Positions 10,793 to 22,098 are shown, counted from the stretch's first letter. The stretch: DNA of 64,000 nt from an uncultured Pseudomonadota bacterium (GCA_963710855.1 CAVQBX010000057.1:11169-75168), one strand, 5' to 3'. The notes: generated by a model not told the origin, from the sequence alone. Numbers and translations: made by a program.

Positions 10793-12357
10793 ATGGGACG
10801 AGCGGCGGGTCATCGTGATCGGCGCGGCATCGGCGGGCTCGTCGCCGCGCTGCTCTCGGCCGCGCACGGCTTCGACACGCTCGTGCTCGAACGCGCCGCG
10901 GGGCCCGGCGGAAAGATGCGCGAATGCGAAGTCGCGGGCGACGAGATCGACGCCGGTCCGACCGTGTTCACGATGCGCGAGGTGTTCGAGGAACTGTTCG
11001 CGAGCGCCGGCGCCTCGCTCGGCGATCATCTGAAGCTTGAACGCGCGCCGACGTTCTGGCGCGCCACGCCTGGGCCGACGGCTCGCGGCTCGATCTCTTC
11101 GGCGACGTCGACGCCAACGCGCGAGGCGATCGGCGAATTCGCCGGCGCGGCGAAGCGCGCGGCTATCGCGCCTTCGCGGCGCGCAGCGCGAACATGCTGT
11201 ACGAACGCTCGACCAGACTTTCATGCGCGCGTCGCGGCCCGAACCCCTTGTCGCTGGCGGCGCGCGTCGGCTTGTTCGATGTGCGCGCGATCTGATGGCG
11301 ATCTCGCCGTTCGCGACGCTTTGGGGCGCGCTCGGGCGCGCATTTCCACGATCCGCGCCTGCGGCAGTTGTTCGCGCCGCTACGCCACCTATTGCGGCTC
11401 TTCGCCGTTTCTGGCGCCGGCGACGCTGATGCTGGTCGCCCATGTCGAACGCGCAGGGCGTCTGGTACGTCGAGGGCGGCATGCGGCGGCTCGCCGACGC
11501 GTTCGTCGAACTCGTCGCCGAACGCGCGGGCGCGCGCTTTCGTGTTCGGGGCCGAGGTCGAGCGGATCGTCGTCGAAGGCGGCCGCGCTCGCGGCGTCGT
11601 GACGCAGCAGCGGCGAGCGTTTCGCCGCGGACGCGATCGTGTTCAACGGCGATGTGTCGGCGCTCGGCGCCGGCTCGCTCGGCGAGGCCGGCCACGCCGC
11701 GGCCGCCGAGCACGCCGCCGCGCGCGCGCTCGCTGTCGGCGCTGACCTTCGTCGGCGTCGGCGAGGCCGCGGCTTTCCGCTGGTCCGCCACAACGTGTTC
11801 TTCGGCGGCGACTATCGCGCAGGAATTCGACGCCATCTTCAGCAACGGCGCTTGCCCGCGGAGCCGACGATCTATGTCTGCGCGAGCGACCGCGAAGGAC
11901 GACGGCGATCGAGACGGGCCGGAGCGGCTGTTTGTGCTCGTCAACGCGCCGGCCGAGGGCGCGCGCTCGCGCCGAGGAGTTGCAGTCATGCGAAGCGGCG
12001 GCGATGAAGCTGATGCAGACGATGCGGGCTGACGCTCGACATGGCAAGCCGCGATGCGGACGACGCCCGCGGATTTCGCGCAGATGTTTCCGGCGACCGG
12101 GGGCGCGCTCTACGGCCCGGCCTCGCACGGTTGGAGGCGCCTCGTTCCGCCGCCCGGGGGCGCGCTCGCGCCTGCCGGGTCTCTATCTGGCGGGCGGCAG
12201 CGTGCATCCGGGACCGGGCGTGCCGATGGCGGCGCTGTCGGGCCGGCAGGCGGCGCTGGCGCTGATCGCGGACCTCGCTTCGACGCGCCCGTCGGTCCCG
12301 GCGGCTATGCCTGGTGGTATGTCGACGCGTTCAGCGACGACGGGCGGTTCGGGCTGA
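10793..12357 (+). CDS. crtD: 1-hydroxycarotenoid 3,4-desaturase (frameshifted)
   Basis: FAD site GIGGL, IDAGPTVFTMR, RYATYCGSSPF, LYLAGGSVHPGPGVPMAALSG. Confidence 0.95.
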
Positions 12358-13205
12358 CGATCATCGCCTTCGTCGGCAGCGTGTTCTCGCCCTATTACGC
12401 CTGGCGCGGCCGGCGCGACCCGGAACATCATTGCGCGATCAACGTCGCGCTCTACGGCGAGCGCAAGCGCTGGGCGATGACGGAGCGCGGCGCGGCGCGC
12501 CTTGCGCCGTTCGCGCCGATGCGTTCGCGTCGGGCCGAGCCGGCTGGGCTGGGACGGCGCGCGGTCTCGATATTTGCGATCGACGAGACCTGCGCGCCGC
12601 TGGCCGCATCGCCTCGCGGGCCGGTGCGGCTCGACTGCGAGGGCGCTCAATGCGCGTACGTTTCGAACTCGAGCGAGCCGGCGGCCATCGTCTGGCGGCC
12701 GATCGCGCCGCTGCGCGCGCGTGCAGCGTCGCGAATGGAGCGACCGAAGCTTTCCTGGCAGCGGCTCGGCTATTTCGACGCCAACTCGCGGCGACGAGCC
12801 GTTGGAAGCACGGGTTCCGTCGTTGGACCTGGTCGCGCGCGCGGATTGAGAGACGGCGGCGCGCGTGTTTTACGAAGCCGAGCGGCGCCGCGACCGGGCC
12901 GCTGTCGTTGAGCCTGGCTTTTGCCGACGCGACGGAACGGCGCGCGAAGTCGAAGCGCCCGCCGCGCGCGCTCTGCCGACGGAGCCTTTGGCGCCTCGCG
13001 CGCGAAACGCGCAGCGAGGGCGGCGGCGCGCATGCTCGAGCATCGCTCGAGGACGCGCCGTTCTACGCGCGCGCGCGCATCGCGCATCGCCTGGACGGCG
13101 AGGATGCGGTCTCGATGCACGAAAGCGCTCGATCTCGACCGCTTCGCCTCGCCGGTCGTCAAGGCCATGCTGCCGTTCCGCATGCCGAGAGTTGGAAGGT
13201 CATAG
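12270..13205 (+). CDS. crtC: Carotenoid 1,2-hydratase (start codon unclear, frameshifted)
   Basis: GGYAWWYVDAFSDDG, IIAFVGSVFSPYY, WAMTERG, LEDAPFYAR, MLPFRMPR. Confidence 0.93.
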
Positions 13206-13237
13206 TAATGATTATCAAAAATAGATGAGATAATTTC

Positions 13238-13266
13238 TTGACAAAAACAGAATATTCGCCTACAGT
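13238..13266 (+). promoter_or_regulatory. Near-consensus sigma70 promoter with no downstream CDS
   Basis: TTGACA (13238-43)-N17-TACAGT (13261-66), preceded by an AT-rich tract. Confidence 0.6.
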
Positions 13267-13354
13267 TTGGAGTTGCTGTTTGACAATTTGTCGCGACATC
13301 TACGGTCTTCGCCGCCGCTCCTCGTTTTTTTCCAACTTCCGGAGCGTCGGAGTT

Positions 13355-13497
13355 TGTAGCCGAGGTCGCTGACCCGATACTGGCGCTGAGGATTAGACGC
13401 TACGAGTGTCATCCCCGCGTTCGCGGGGATGACAGATTCTTATCCTGGCGCACATGGGTCGTCGACCTCGGGGGCCGCGTTCGGCGAGCGCGGCTAC
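13355..13497. repeat. GTAG-type REP doublet enclosing a perfect hairpin (copy A)
   Basis: TGTAGCCGAGGTCGCTGACCC left arm, inverted right arm, inner TGTCATCCCCGCG-TT-CGCGGGGATGACA at 13407-13434. Confidence 0.75.
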
Positions 13498-13576
13498 GGC
13501 AACGCTCGACGAGGGACAGAATTCGTCACTCAATCCCTTGAAAACATGGGAGGGCGTACACGAAATTGACGGCGCC

Positions 13577-13612
13577 TTAACCGCCTTTAGCGGACGCTAA
13601 AGCGGCGGTTAA
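13577..13612. terminator. Hairpin between convergent crtDC and crtIB units
   Basis: TTAACCGCCTTTAGCG-GA-CGCTAAA(GC)GGCGGTTAA. Confidence 0.45.
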
Positions 13613-13692
13613 TTCCCGATGCCGGCCTTTAACGGATGCTTGCCGGCTCTTGACGGCCTTTGGCGGATTTTGACGCCGCTAACGAGGCCCGC

Positions 13693-13842
13693 TTACTTCT
13701 CCCCGTCCGCCGAACCTTTCTTGTCGCGCTCTCTCTGTTCGCGGATGCCGCGCCGCGTGACGATCAACTGCCAGACCAGGAACAACAGCACGACGCCGAA
13801 CGAAGCCGCCATTTCGACGAGGCCGTATGAGTTCGGGTCCAT
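13693..13842 (-). CDS. 49-aa single-pass membrane protein
   Basis: ATG 1 nt after the crtB stop; MDPNSYGLVEMAASFGVVLLFLVWQLIVTRRGIREQRERDKKGSADGEK. Confidence 0.65.
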   Translation of the reverse strand: MDPNSYGLVEMAASFGVVLLFLVWQLIVTRRGIREQRERDKKGSADGEK

Positions 13843-13843
13843 G

Positions 13844-14891
13844 TCATTTTCCCAACTGGTCGGCGCGCTCCAGCCGCTCGAAAATCTCCAGCACGCGCAA
13901 CGCATGCGCCTTCGGCGAATAGCCGCTGCGGGCCGCCTTTGCGGGGCCCGTGCGCGCGGCCGCGTCGATGAGGAACGCGACCGCGGGCAGCGCGGGCGCT
14001 GATGAAAGAGGCGAGAGCATCGCCGCCTGCAGGCTGGCGCGGCCGAGCAGCGCGAGCTTGCGCGCCGCTCCGACCCTCGCGCGCGCCGTCACCGAATCGA
14101 AACCGCGCCTTTCGACCTCACGGCCGATCTCGGCGTAGATCGCCGCCGCGGCCAATATGCCGGGGCGGCAAGCGAACGGCAGCCTGGCAATGCCTGAGCG
14201 GGCGCGAAGGTAAAGCCGATCCGCTGACTTCAGAAGGCGAGCCGTCGTTTCGGCGAGAGCTGGCGAAGGCTCGGGCGCCTCGAGAAACGCGTCAGCGTCG
14301 AGTCCGGCCTCCTCGAGCCATGCGAGCGGCAGATAGAGACGGCCGGCGCGCGCGTCCTCGCCGACGTCGCGCGCGATGTTCGTGAGCTGCATCGCGACGC
14401 CGAGATCGCACGCGCGGGCCAGAGCGCCTGTCGATCGCGCACGCCCATCAGGATCGTCATCATCACACCGACTGTTCCGGCGACCCGCGCGGCATAATCG
14501 TGAAGGTCATCGAGCGTCGCATAGCGCCGGCCTTCGCAGTCCCAGCTCAGGCCCTCGATCAGCGCTTCGGGAAGGGCGCGCGGAATGTCATGGTCGCGCA
14601 CAACGATCGGCGAAGGCGCGATCGGCGGGATGATCTTGAGGCGACCCTTCATAAACGCAATCGAGCCGCGTTCTGAGCCGCTTCAGCGCTTCTGCCTTGC
14701 CGCCCTCGAGATCGATGGCGTCGTCATAGAGACGGCAGAAAGCGTAGAGCGCGAAGGCCGGCCGCCTTACGGCCGACGGCAGCAGCCAGGAGGCAGATAG
14801 AACGTGCGCGAGCCGCCGCGGATCGCGGCTGCGGCAGGCGCGGTGATCCGGCTCACTCGCGAATGGGCGCTTCAGACAAACGCACTGGCAT
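13844..14891 (-). CDS. crtB: Phytoene synthase (frameshifted)
   Basis: [46 protein letters not shown]. Confidence 0.96.
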
Positions 14892-16401
14892 TCGGCGTCA
14901 CCTTGTCGAGTATGCGGGCGGAGGAGAGCACGCCAGGCAAGCCGGCGCCGGGATGCACGCCCGCCCCGACGAGGAACAAGTTCTTCACGTCGTCGCTGCG
15001 GTTGTGCGGGCGGAACCAGGCGCTTTGCGTCAACAGCGGTTCGAGACCGAAACCCTCGCCGTGCGTCGCGTTGAGCCGCTCGCGAAAATCGAGCGGCGTC
15101 GCAACTTTCGAGACGACGATATGTTTGCTGAGGTCCGGCAGAAGGTTCGCCTCCAGCCAGTCGGCGATGCGGCGGCGATAGGGCTCCGCCTTCGACCCGC
15201 CAATCCTGGCCGCCAAGCAGATTGGGCACAGGCGACAGCACATAGAACGCGTCGCAGCCCGGCGGCGCGAGCGAGGGGTCGGTCGCGGTCGGGCGATGCA
15301 GATAGAGGCTGAAGTCGGTTGCCGAGTGTTTTGTGGTCGAAGATGTCCTTCAGCAACTCGCGATAGCGCGGGCCCATCAAGATCGTGTGATGGCCAACGT
15401 CGTCGTAGCGACGGTCGACGCCAAAATACCAGACAAACAGACCCATCGAGTAGCGTGCGCGGTCGAGTTTCGGCGTCGGTCCAGCGTCGGCGATGCTCCG
15501 GCGCGACGAGATGGCGATAGGTCCAGGCCGAATCCGCGTTCGACACGACGATGTCGGCGGCGATGCGCTCTCCGCTTTCGAGCCCCACGCCTTTCGCCGC
15601 TCCGTTCTCGATGAGAATGCGCCTGACGTCGGAGTTGCAGCGGACTTCATTGCCCTGCGACTGGATCAGTCGGACGAGCCCGCGAACGAGCGCGCCGGTT
15701 CCCCCGATCGCCGCATGGACGCCGAAAGACTTTTCGAGAAAGGCGATCAAACAATAGACCGACGAAGCGCGGAAAGGATTGCCGCCGATCAGCAGCGGAT
15801 GAAAGCTGAACACCATGCGCAGACGTTCGTCGCGGAAGAATTGCGAAACGAGGCCGTAGACGCTGCGATAGCCTTGAAGCCGCATCAGATCCGGCGCGAT
15901 ACGGGCCATGTCGAACAGCGAATCGAAGGGAACGTCGCCGAGTTGCTCGAAGCCGATGCGATAGATCGCCTCGCTCATCTCGAGGAAGGCGTCAAAATTT
16001 TTGGCCTCGCCCGGCGAAAAGCGCTCGACCTCCGCGCGCATCGCGTCAGGGTCGGCGCGATAGGCGAATGTCTCGCCGTCCGCGAAGCGGATTTGATAGA
16101 AGGGATCCATCGCCTTCAGTTCGACATCGTCGGCGATGCGCCGGCCGCAGAGGCGCCAGAGTTCCTCGAACAGGAACGGCGCCGTGACGATGGTGGGGCC
16201 CGCGTCGAATGTAAAGCCGTCCTGACGATAGACGTAGGCGCGTCCGCCCGGCGCGTCGAGCCGTTCGAGCACGGTTACGCGATAGCCCCGCGCGCCCAGC
16301 CGGATCGCCGCCGCCAAGCCGCCGAAGCCGGCGCCGATGACGATCGCCGTCGGCTTGCGCCGCCCGCCGCCCGTTGGCCCCGGATCGCCGAGAGTAAACA
16401 T
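14872..16401 (-). CDS. crtI: Phytoene desaturase
   Basis: [55 protein letters not shown]. Confidence 0.97.
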   Translation of the reverse strand: MFTLGDPGPTGGGRRKPTAIVIGAGFGGLAAAIRLGARGYRVTVLERLDAPGGRAYVYRQDGFTFDAGPTIVTAPFLFEELWRLCGRRIADDVELKAMDPFYQIRFADGETFAYRADPDAMRAEVERFSPGEAKNFDAFLEMSEAIYRIGFEQLGDVPFDSLFDMARIAPDLMRLQGYRSVYGLVSQFFRDERLRMVFSFHPLLIGGNPFRASSVYCLIAFLEKSFGVHAAIGGTGALVRGLVRLIQSQGNEVRCNSDVRRILIENGAAKGVGLESGERIAADIVVSNADSAWTYRHLVAPEHRRRWTDAETRPRTLLDGSVCLVFWRRPSLRRRWPSHDLDGPALSRVAEGHLRPQNTRQPTSASICIARPRPTPRSRRRAATRSMCCRLCPICLAARIGGSKAEPYRRRIADWLEANLLPDLSKHIVVSKVATPLDFRERLNATHGEGFGLEPLLTQSAWFRPHNRSDDVKNLFLVGAGVHPGAGLPGVLSSARILDKVTPNASAFV

Positions 16402-16410
16402 AACTTGACA
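16393..16410 (-). promoter_or_regulatory. PpsR-like box overlapping the crtI start codon
   Basis: Minus strand TGTCAAGTTATGTTTACT (TGT-N12-ACT). Confidence 0.5.
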
Positions 16411-16433
16411 CTATAGGTGTCCAGCAAATTTGT

Positions 16434-17318
16434 TCAAGAGGGCGGAAGCAGGCCAGCCTCGCGCGCGGCGGCAAGGATGAGCGCCGCCACCGCGTGCGGC
16501 TGCTCCTCATGGGCGAGATGCCCGGCGCCCGGCACGGATTCAATCCGGGCGTGCGACATATGTCGCGCGACCTTGTCGGCTTCGGCCGGTCTTATCGCCA
16601 TGTCCTTCGCGCCGACGATCAGCAGCGCGGGGCAAGTGACGCGGCCGAGATCGGCGTTCATCCGGGTGAGGTCCCAGTTCGCCATCATGTCGAGCGCGGC
16701 CGCGCAATGCGTCGGGCTTTTCATGAGGCGCGTGTAGAGGTCGAGGCCCCGCTGATCGAGGCGCGAGCCCATGCCGGCGATCAGTTTTGCCACGCCGTCG
16801 CGGTCGGCCCGCCAGGCAAAAACCCGCGCGGCCAGCCGATTGAGATGCAGCATGCGCGCCATCGCGGGGAAGATGTGTCCGGCCACGCCTTCGAAAGGCT
16901 GCAGCGCGCCGTTGATCGCAACAAAGAGGTCGGGCGCGATCCGACCGTTCGCGATCAGGCGCACGAGGATGGCGGCGCCGGCCGAATGGCCGATGACGAG
17001 CTTCGGCGAGAACGAGAGTTTCGCGAGCAATGCCGCCACCGAACCTGCGAGGCCAGACAAGGACATGTCCGCGGGGCGTCGCGATGTCGTGAAGCCGTGT
17101 CCGGGCAGGTCTGGCGCGAGGAGGCGGAAGTCTTCAGCCAGCAAGGGCGCGAGGCCGCGCCAGGAGTGGGTCGCTCCCGCCGTGCCGTGCAACAGCAACG
17201 TGGACGGTCCGTCGCCGAGCTCCTGCACATGCCAGCTCAAGCCGCCGGCCTCGACGAGACGGCTCGCTTCTCTGAGCGGCCAGTCGGCCCCATCGCGCGA
17301 CAGCTCAAGCGAGCTCAT
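16434..17318 (-). CDS. bchO: Alpha/beta hydrolase BchO
   Basis: DWPLREASR, LLHGTAGATHSW, PDLPGHGFT, GHSAG, GHLAHEE; follows bchD. Confidence 0.93.
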   Translation of the reverse strand: MSSLELSRDGADWPLREASRLVEAGGLSWHVQELGDGPSTLLLHGTAGATHSWRGLAPLLAEDFRLLAPDLPGHGFTTSRRPADMSLSGLAGSVAALLAKLSFSPKLVIGHSAGAAILVRLIANGRIAPDLFVAINGALQPFEGVAGHIFPAMARMLHLNRLAARVFAWRADRDGVAKLIAGMGSRLDQRGLDLYTRLMKSPTHCAAALDMMANWDLTRMNADLGRVTCPALLIVGAKDMAIRPAEADKVARHMSHARIESVPGAGHLAHEEQPHAVAALILAAAREAGLLPPS

Positions 17319-19061
17319 GAATTGAGCGCGCCGCGCACGAGCGTGTTGATCGCGCCCGCGTCGCTCAACGGCAATCTGACGTAACGCGCGTTCATGGCCT
17401 CAGCGATTGCCGAGGCCGGGGCGTCGTCGCGCGCCGAGGGCGGCGACGTGTCGATCGTCAGCGAAGCGACCCTTGCCGCGCCGAGGCGGCGCGCCGCGTC
17501 GAGCGCGTCCTTCATCGCCTGCGGACGGCCGGGCGCGCCGTTACGCGTAATATTGGCGCGGCCGTCCGTCATCAGCACGACGAGCGGCGTCTGGCCCTTG
17601 CGGCGGCTCTGCTCCGCGACCACAAGCGCGGCGTCAAGGCCGCAAGCGATCGGCGTGCCGCCGCCGCCCGGCAGTCCAGTGAGGGCCCGACGCGCCCGCG
17701 CCGTCGAGCGGGTCGGGGGCAGCACGATTTCCCCGCTGCGCCCGCGGAAGGCGATCAGCGCGACATTGTCGCGCCGCACGTAACAATCAGCGAGCAGGAG
17801 TTCGATCGCGCCTTTGACCTCAGCAAGTCGGTTGATCGCCAGCGAGCCGGAGGCGTCGACAACAAATATCGTCGTCGCGCCGCGCCGCTGGCGATAGCGC
17901 ACGATGCGAAAATCCTCTTTTCTCACGATCACCCGCGCCGAGGCGCCCGGCGACTCCGGTTGGCGAAGCCGCCGCCAGGGCGCCGCTGCGCGCAACGTCG
18001 CGACCAGCGCCAGCCGGCCTTGCGCGAGCGAACCGGGCCTTGCGTCCAATGGCCGCCCGCGTCGGCGCGAAAAAGTCTCCTCGCCCGACTTGCCGTCTTG
18101 CGCTGTTCGCCGGCTCGCGCCGCGCTCTTGCGCCAGCAGCGCCAGGAGGCCGGGCGGAATCGCCGCGCGCGCCGCGTTGACGATGCGCTCCTCGAGCTCG
18201 CGCGGCGCGACGTCTTCGTCTTCGTCGTTCTTGTCCGGCGCGTCGGGCGGGTCGGGCGCGTCTTGCTGCTCCGGCGGTGGTGGCGGCAGCCGCGTCGCGC
18301 GCGGGCCGAGCGTCAGCGCGGCGGCGAGTTCGACGTCCTCGTCCTCCGCCTCGCCGGCGCCGCGCAGCGCGGCGAGCGCGCGGGCGCATCTGAGCGCAAA
18401 CAAGGACGCTCGGATCGAGGCAATGCCGAGCTGATGTGCAATCGCCACCATCGTTGTCAGCGAACTCTCAGCCACGCGCACACGCGGCAATAGCTCGCGC
18501 GCCCTGAGAAAATCCTCCGGCTCGAACAGGGGCGGTTCGAGATCACGCAGCGCAACGCCCTCAAGATCGACCCAATAGGCTAGCCGCTCTGCGAGCGCCG
18601 CCGGCGGCGCCTCCTCATCAGAGCCTTCGTCGAGCGCGACGAGGCCGAAGCGGGCCGGCAGGGTGAGCGAAAGCCCATCCCGTTGCATCGATAGTTCGCC
18701 ATTATCGAGCGCCGCGCCAAGCCGCGCCGCCATCGAAGCCGAAACCCGTTCCGCCATCGCGACCGCGAGCACGCCGCCGTCGCGCACTCGCCATGACGCC
18801 TTTCTCGGCGACGGGCTTGCCTGCTCTCAGCGTCGCGGCGACGTCGAGACCGCCAATCAACCGATCGTCGGCGATCTGGGCGGGAACGCGGATCAGCCTC
18901 AGTGGCGCCAGTTCCTGCGCGAGCCGCTCCAGCAAAGCGTCGCGCGCCGGCCCGGGCGCAGCCCTGATCAATAGGCCGGAACTTAGCGGATCGAGGGCGA
19001 ACAAAGCGGCGGCGAGGCTGGCGCGCCGCCACGGCGTAGCGATCGCCTCCGCCGCGCTCAT
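17315..19061 (-). CDS. bchD: Magnesium chelatase subunit D (frameshift near 18790)
   Basis: DDRLIGGLD, Pro/acidic linker, vWA MIDAS VVDASGS, GGGGTP, TDGRAN. Confidence 0.96.
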
Positions 19062-20075
19062 GCGCCAAACGTCTCTTGCAGAGCGCGATCGACGCGCGTT
19101 GCCGAGCCGCTGTCGTCGAGGGGATTGCGGCGCAGGCGGTGGCTCAGCGCCATCGGTGCGACGCGCCGCAGCTCGGCGTCGCCGACCTTCGGCGCGCCTT
19201 CGAGCGCCGCAAAGGCGCGCGCCGCGCGAATGAGCGTCAACTCGCCGCGCAGGCCGTCGGTGCCGAGCGCGAGGCAGAGGCGCGTCGCGCGTTCGATCGC
19301 GGCGTCGGGCGTCTCGATCATCGCGGATGCGTTCGCGCGCCCGCGAAATCTTTCCGCGCAATTTCTTCTCTTCGCCCGCCCACTTGAGGCAGAACGCCTC
19401 AGGGTCGCGTTCGAATGCATCGCGACGGCGCACAACTTCAATTCTGGTCGCCACATCCTGCGGCGTTTTCACGTCGACGGCGAGCCCGAACCGGTCGAGC
19501 ATCTGCGGCCGCAACTCGCCTTCTTCCGGATTGCCGCTGCCAATCAGAACGAAGCGAGCGGGATGGCGCACGGACAGTCCCTCGCGCTCGACCAGATTGA
19601 TCCCGGAGGCCGCGACGTCGAGCAGCAGGTCAACGAGATGATCCTCGAGCAGATTGGCCTCGTCGATGTAGAGGAAGCCGCGGTTGGCCGCGGCGAGCAG
19701 GCCGGGCTCGAAATGTTTTTCGCCGGAATTCAGCGCGCGTTCCAGATTGAGCGCTCCAACCACACGGTCCTCTGTGGCGCCAAGCGGAAAGTCGACGACC
19801 GGCGCGCTTCGTAACGTGGATTTTTGTTTAGCCCCGCCGTTGCAAGCCTGACAGAGGCCTGCGATCCTATTAGGCTCGCAATTGTAGGGGCATCCGGCGA
19901 CGACACGAATTTTTGGCAGTAAAGCCGCCAGCGCCCGCACCGCCGTCGACTTTCCCGTTCCGCGATCCCCAAAAGCGAGTACGCCGCCGATGGTCGGATC
20001 CACGGCTGCGATCATGAAGGCGAGCTTCATGTCCTCTTGACCAACGATGGCGGAAAACGGGAAAGGCTGTGACAT
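19058..20075 (-). CDS. bchI: Magnesium chelatase subunit I
   Basis: [49 protein letters not shown]. Confidence 0.97.
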
Positions 20076-20104
20076 GCGTTGCTTGGCTCGATGCACTTCC
20101 TATA

Positions 20105-20122
20105 TGTCATTCGAGATAGACG
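20105..20122. promoter_or_regulatory. PpsR-like box in the divergent bchI/SOUL intergenic region
   Basis: TGTCATTCGAGATAGACG (TGT-N12-ACG). Confidence 0.6.
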
Positions 20123-20183
20123 CTTGTCTATCGCGGGCCGCTTTTTGTGGCGTGCATCGTGGACGAGTTGCACGGTGAATGAG

Positions 20184-20747
20184 ATGGCGCGAAAACTGAT
20201 CGCAGCTTTGCTCTCGGTGTTCGGGGTGAGTTCTGCCGCGGCGGTCGAAGAGCCGCCGTTTCAACTCATCGGGAAGTGGAAAGACTGTGAGGTGCGCTCC
20301 TATCCCGCTCTCGTGGCGGCCGAGAGCGGGATGGCGGGAACGCGCAGCGCGGGCGAATGGGCGACCTTTCGGGCGCTCGCCAATTACATCTTCGGCGGCA
20401 ATGCCAGCCAGGAAAAGATTGCGATGACCGCGCCGGTGCTCGAGACGCGCAGCGGCGAAACCTGGACGATGCGCTTCACAATGCCGCAGGGCCGCGCGCT
20501 CGGCGACCTGCCGGCGCCTACCAACGCGAAGGTTGCGATCGCGGTCGTCCCGCCCACGCGCGTCGGCGTCATCGCATTTTCCGGCTACGCTTCCGATCAG
20601 GATATCGAAAGCAAAGCTGCCGACTTGACGAAATGTCTGAAAGCCAACGGCTTCAGCCCGGACGGCGCGCCTGCGCTCGCCCAATATGATCCGCCCTGGG
20701 TGCTTGGCCCCTGGCGTCGCAACGAAGTGATGATCCGGGTCAGGTAG
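20184..20747 (+). CDS. SOUL/HBP family heme-binding protein with probable signal peptide
   Basis: VEEPPF, EVRSYP, FRALANYIFGGN, KIAMTAPV, MRFTMP, YDPPW...RRNEV; N-terminus MARKLIAALLSVFGVSSAAA. Confidence 0.92.
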   Translation: MARKLIAALLSVFGVSSAAAVEEPPFQLIGKWKDCEVRSYPALVAAESGMAGTRSAGEWATFRALANYIFGGNASQEKIAMTAPVLETRSGETWTMRFTMPQGRALGDLPAPTNAKVAIAVVPPTRVGVIAFSGYASDQDIESKAADLTKCLKANGFSPDGAPALAQYDPPWVLGPWRRNEVMIRVR

Positions 20748-20769
20748 GCTGGAAATCGCGGCGCCCGAT

Positions 20770-22098
20770 TCAATGTTTGTCGAATGTTTTCGCCACGCTG
20801 CGGCGGATGCGCGCAGACTCCGATCGCGACGATCAGCGCGACGATGGGGATTGCGACGCCCATGGATATCGCCGGGTCGACCTTCAATCCTGCGGCGCCC
20901 AGCGCTTCCGCGCCTTTGCCGACCAAAGAAACGATGTAGTAGGTGATCGCGGCGACCGAGAGACCTTCGACCGTCTCTTGCAGGCGCAGTTGCAGTTGCG
21001 CGCGGCGGTCCATGGAGTCGAGCAGAGCGTGACTCTGACGCTGGCTCGAGATCTCGACCCGCGTCGACAGCAATTCCGTCGTGCGGGCGACGCGCGCAGA
21101 CAGGTCAGCTTGCCGTTCCACGACGACGCGGCAGGTTCGCATCGCGGGCTGAAGCCGGCGGTCGAAGAACTCGCTGAATGTCTGCAAGCCTTCGAGCCGG
21201 TCCTCGCGCAATTCGTCGATCCGGCGTTCGACCAGTTCGTGATAGGAGGCGGCTGCGGCGAAGCGGAACTGGCTTGCCGACTGCAAATTTTCGATTGCGG
21301 CGGCCAGATGCGTAAGGCGTTCGAGCAGATGCGCCTCTTCCGCCTCGGCCGCGCGGACTAGCGCGGTGGTCGCATCGCGCAATTCGCTTTCGAGCTTGTT
21401 CAGTTCGCCCATCCGCGCCCGCGCGAGCGGGAAGGCGAGCAGCGCCAGCATGCGATAGGCTTCGATTTCGACGAGGCGCTGCAGGTTTCGGCCCGCCTGG
21501 CCCGGCGTCATGCCGTTGTCGATGATCAGCAAACGGCTGAAATCCATCGGCGCCGATCAAAAAATCCGTGAAGGCGGCGCCTCGCCGGTCGGAAACCATC
21601 GCGCCGACCGGCGTGTCGCGCGAACCGAGCCATTCGCCGATGAGCTCGGCCTTTGGCGGCCAAACGGTTGCGGGCACGACCGCGACATGGATCGCCGAAA
21701 GGGTTTGGCCCTGCAACGAAGCGAGCCAATCCGCGCCTGCGCTCTCGATCGCGCTCTCCAGAAATGGCTGCTCGGCTCCGCCTCGGCCAAATCCGGGCGC
21801 TATGATCTTCAATCGCAGGAATTCGGTATGGCGTTCGGCCTTGAGCCGGTAGCCGTCGATTTCCTGGCTGTAGTGCGGCGCGTCGGGGGACGGCGGCGGC
21901 GCGCCGGCGCGCGTCGCGACTTCCGCTATCGTTCGCCAGGAGGCGGCGCGTTCGGCCTCGTCGGCCAGCACCGCAATGAACGAAACCCGCGCGGGCGGAA
22001 AAATGCGTTCCGGGGGACGGGCGTGCACCTCGTCGTTGAGGCGTATGCGTTGAGGGTGGTCGGGCGGCAGAGCAGAGCGGCGTCCACTCGGTCGTCAT
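20770..22098 (-). CDS. DUF3422 family membrane-anchored protein (frameshifted)
   Basis: EVHARP, ERHTEF, QRLVEIEAYRMLALL, QLRLQETVEGLSVAAITYY, two C-terminal TM segments. Confidence 0.9.

Noticed and set aside
13239-13253. Alphaproteobacterial LexA box (GAAC-N7-GAAC) at TGACAAAAACAGAAT
   Set aside because: Both half-sites mismatch; too weak to call.
13238-13300. Start of an rRNA operon (strong promoter plus boxA-like motif)
   Set aside because: No 16S, 23S or tRNA sequence follows.
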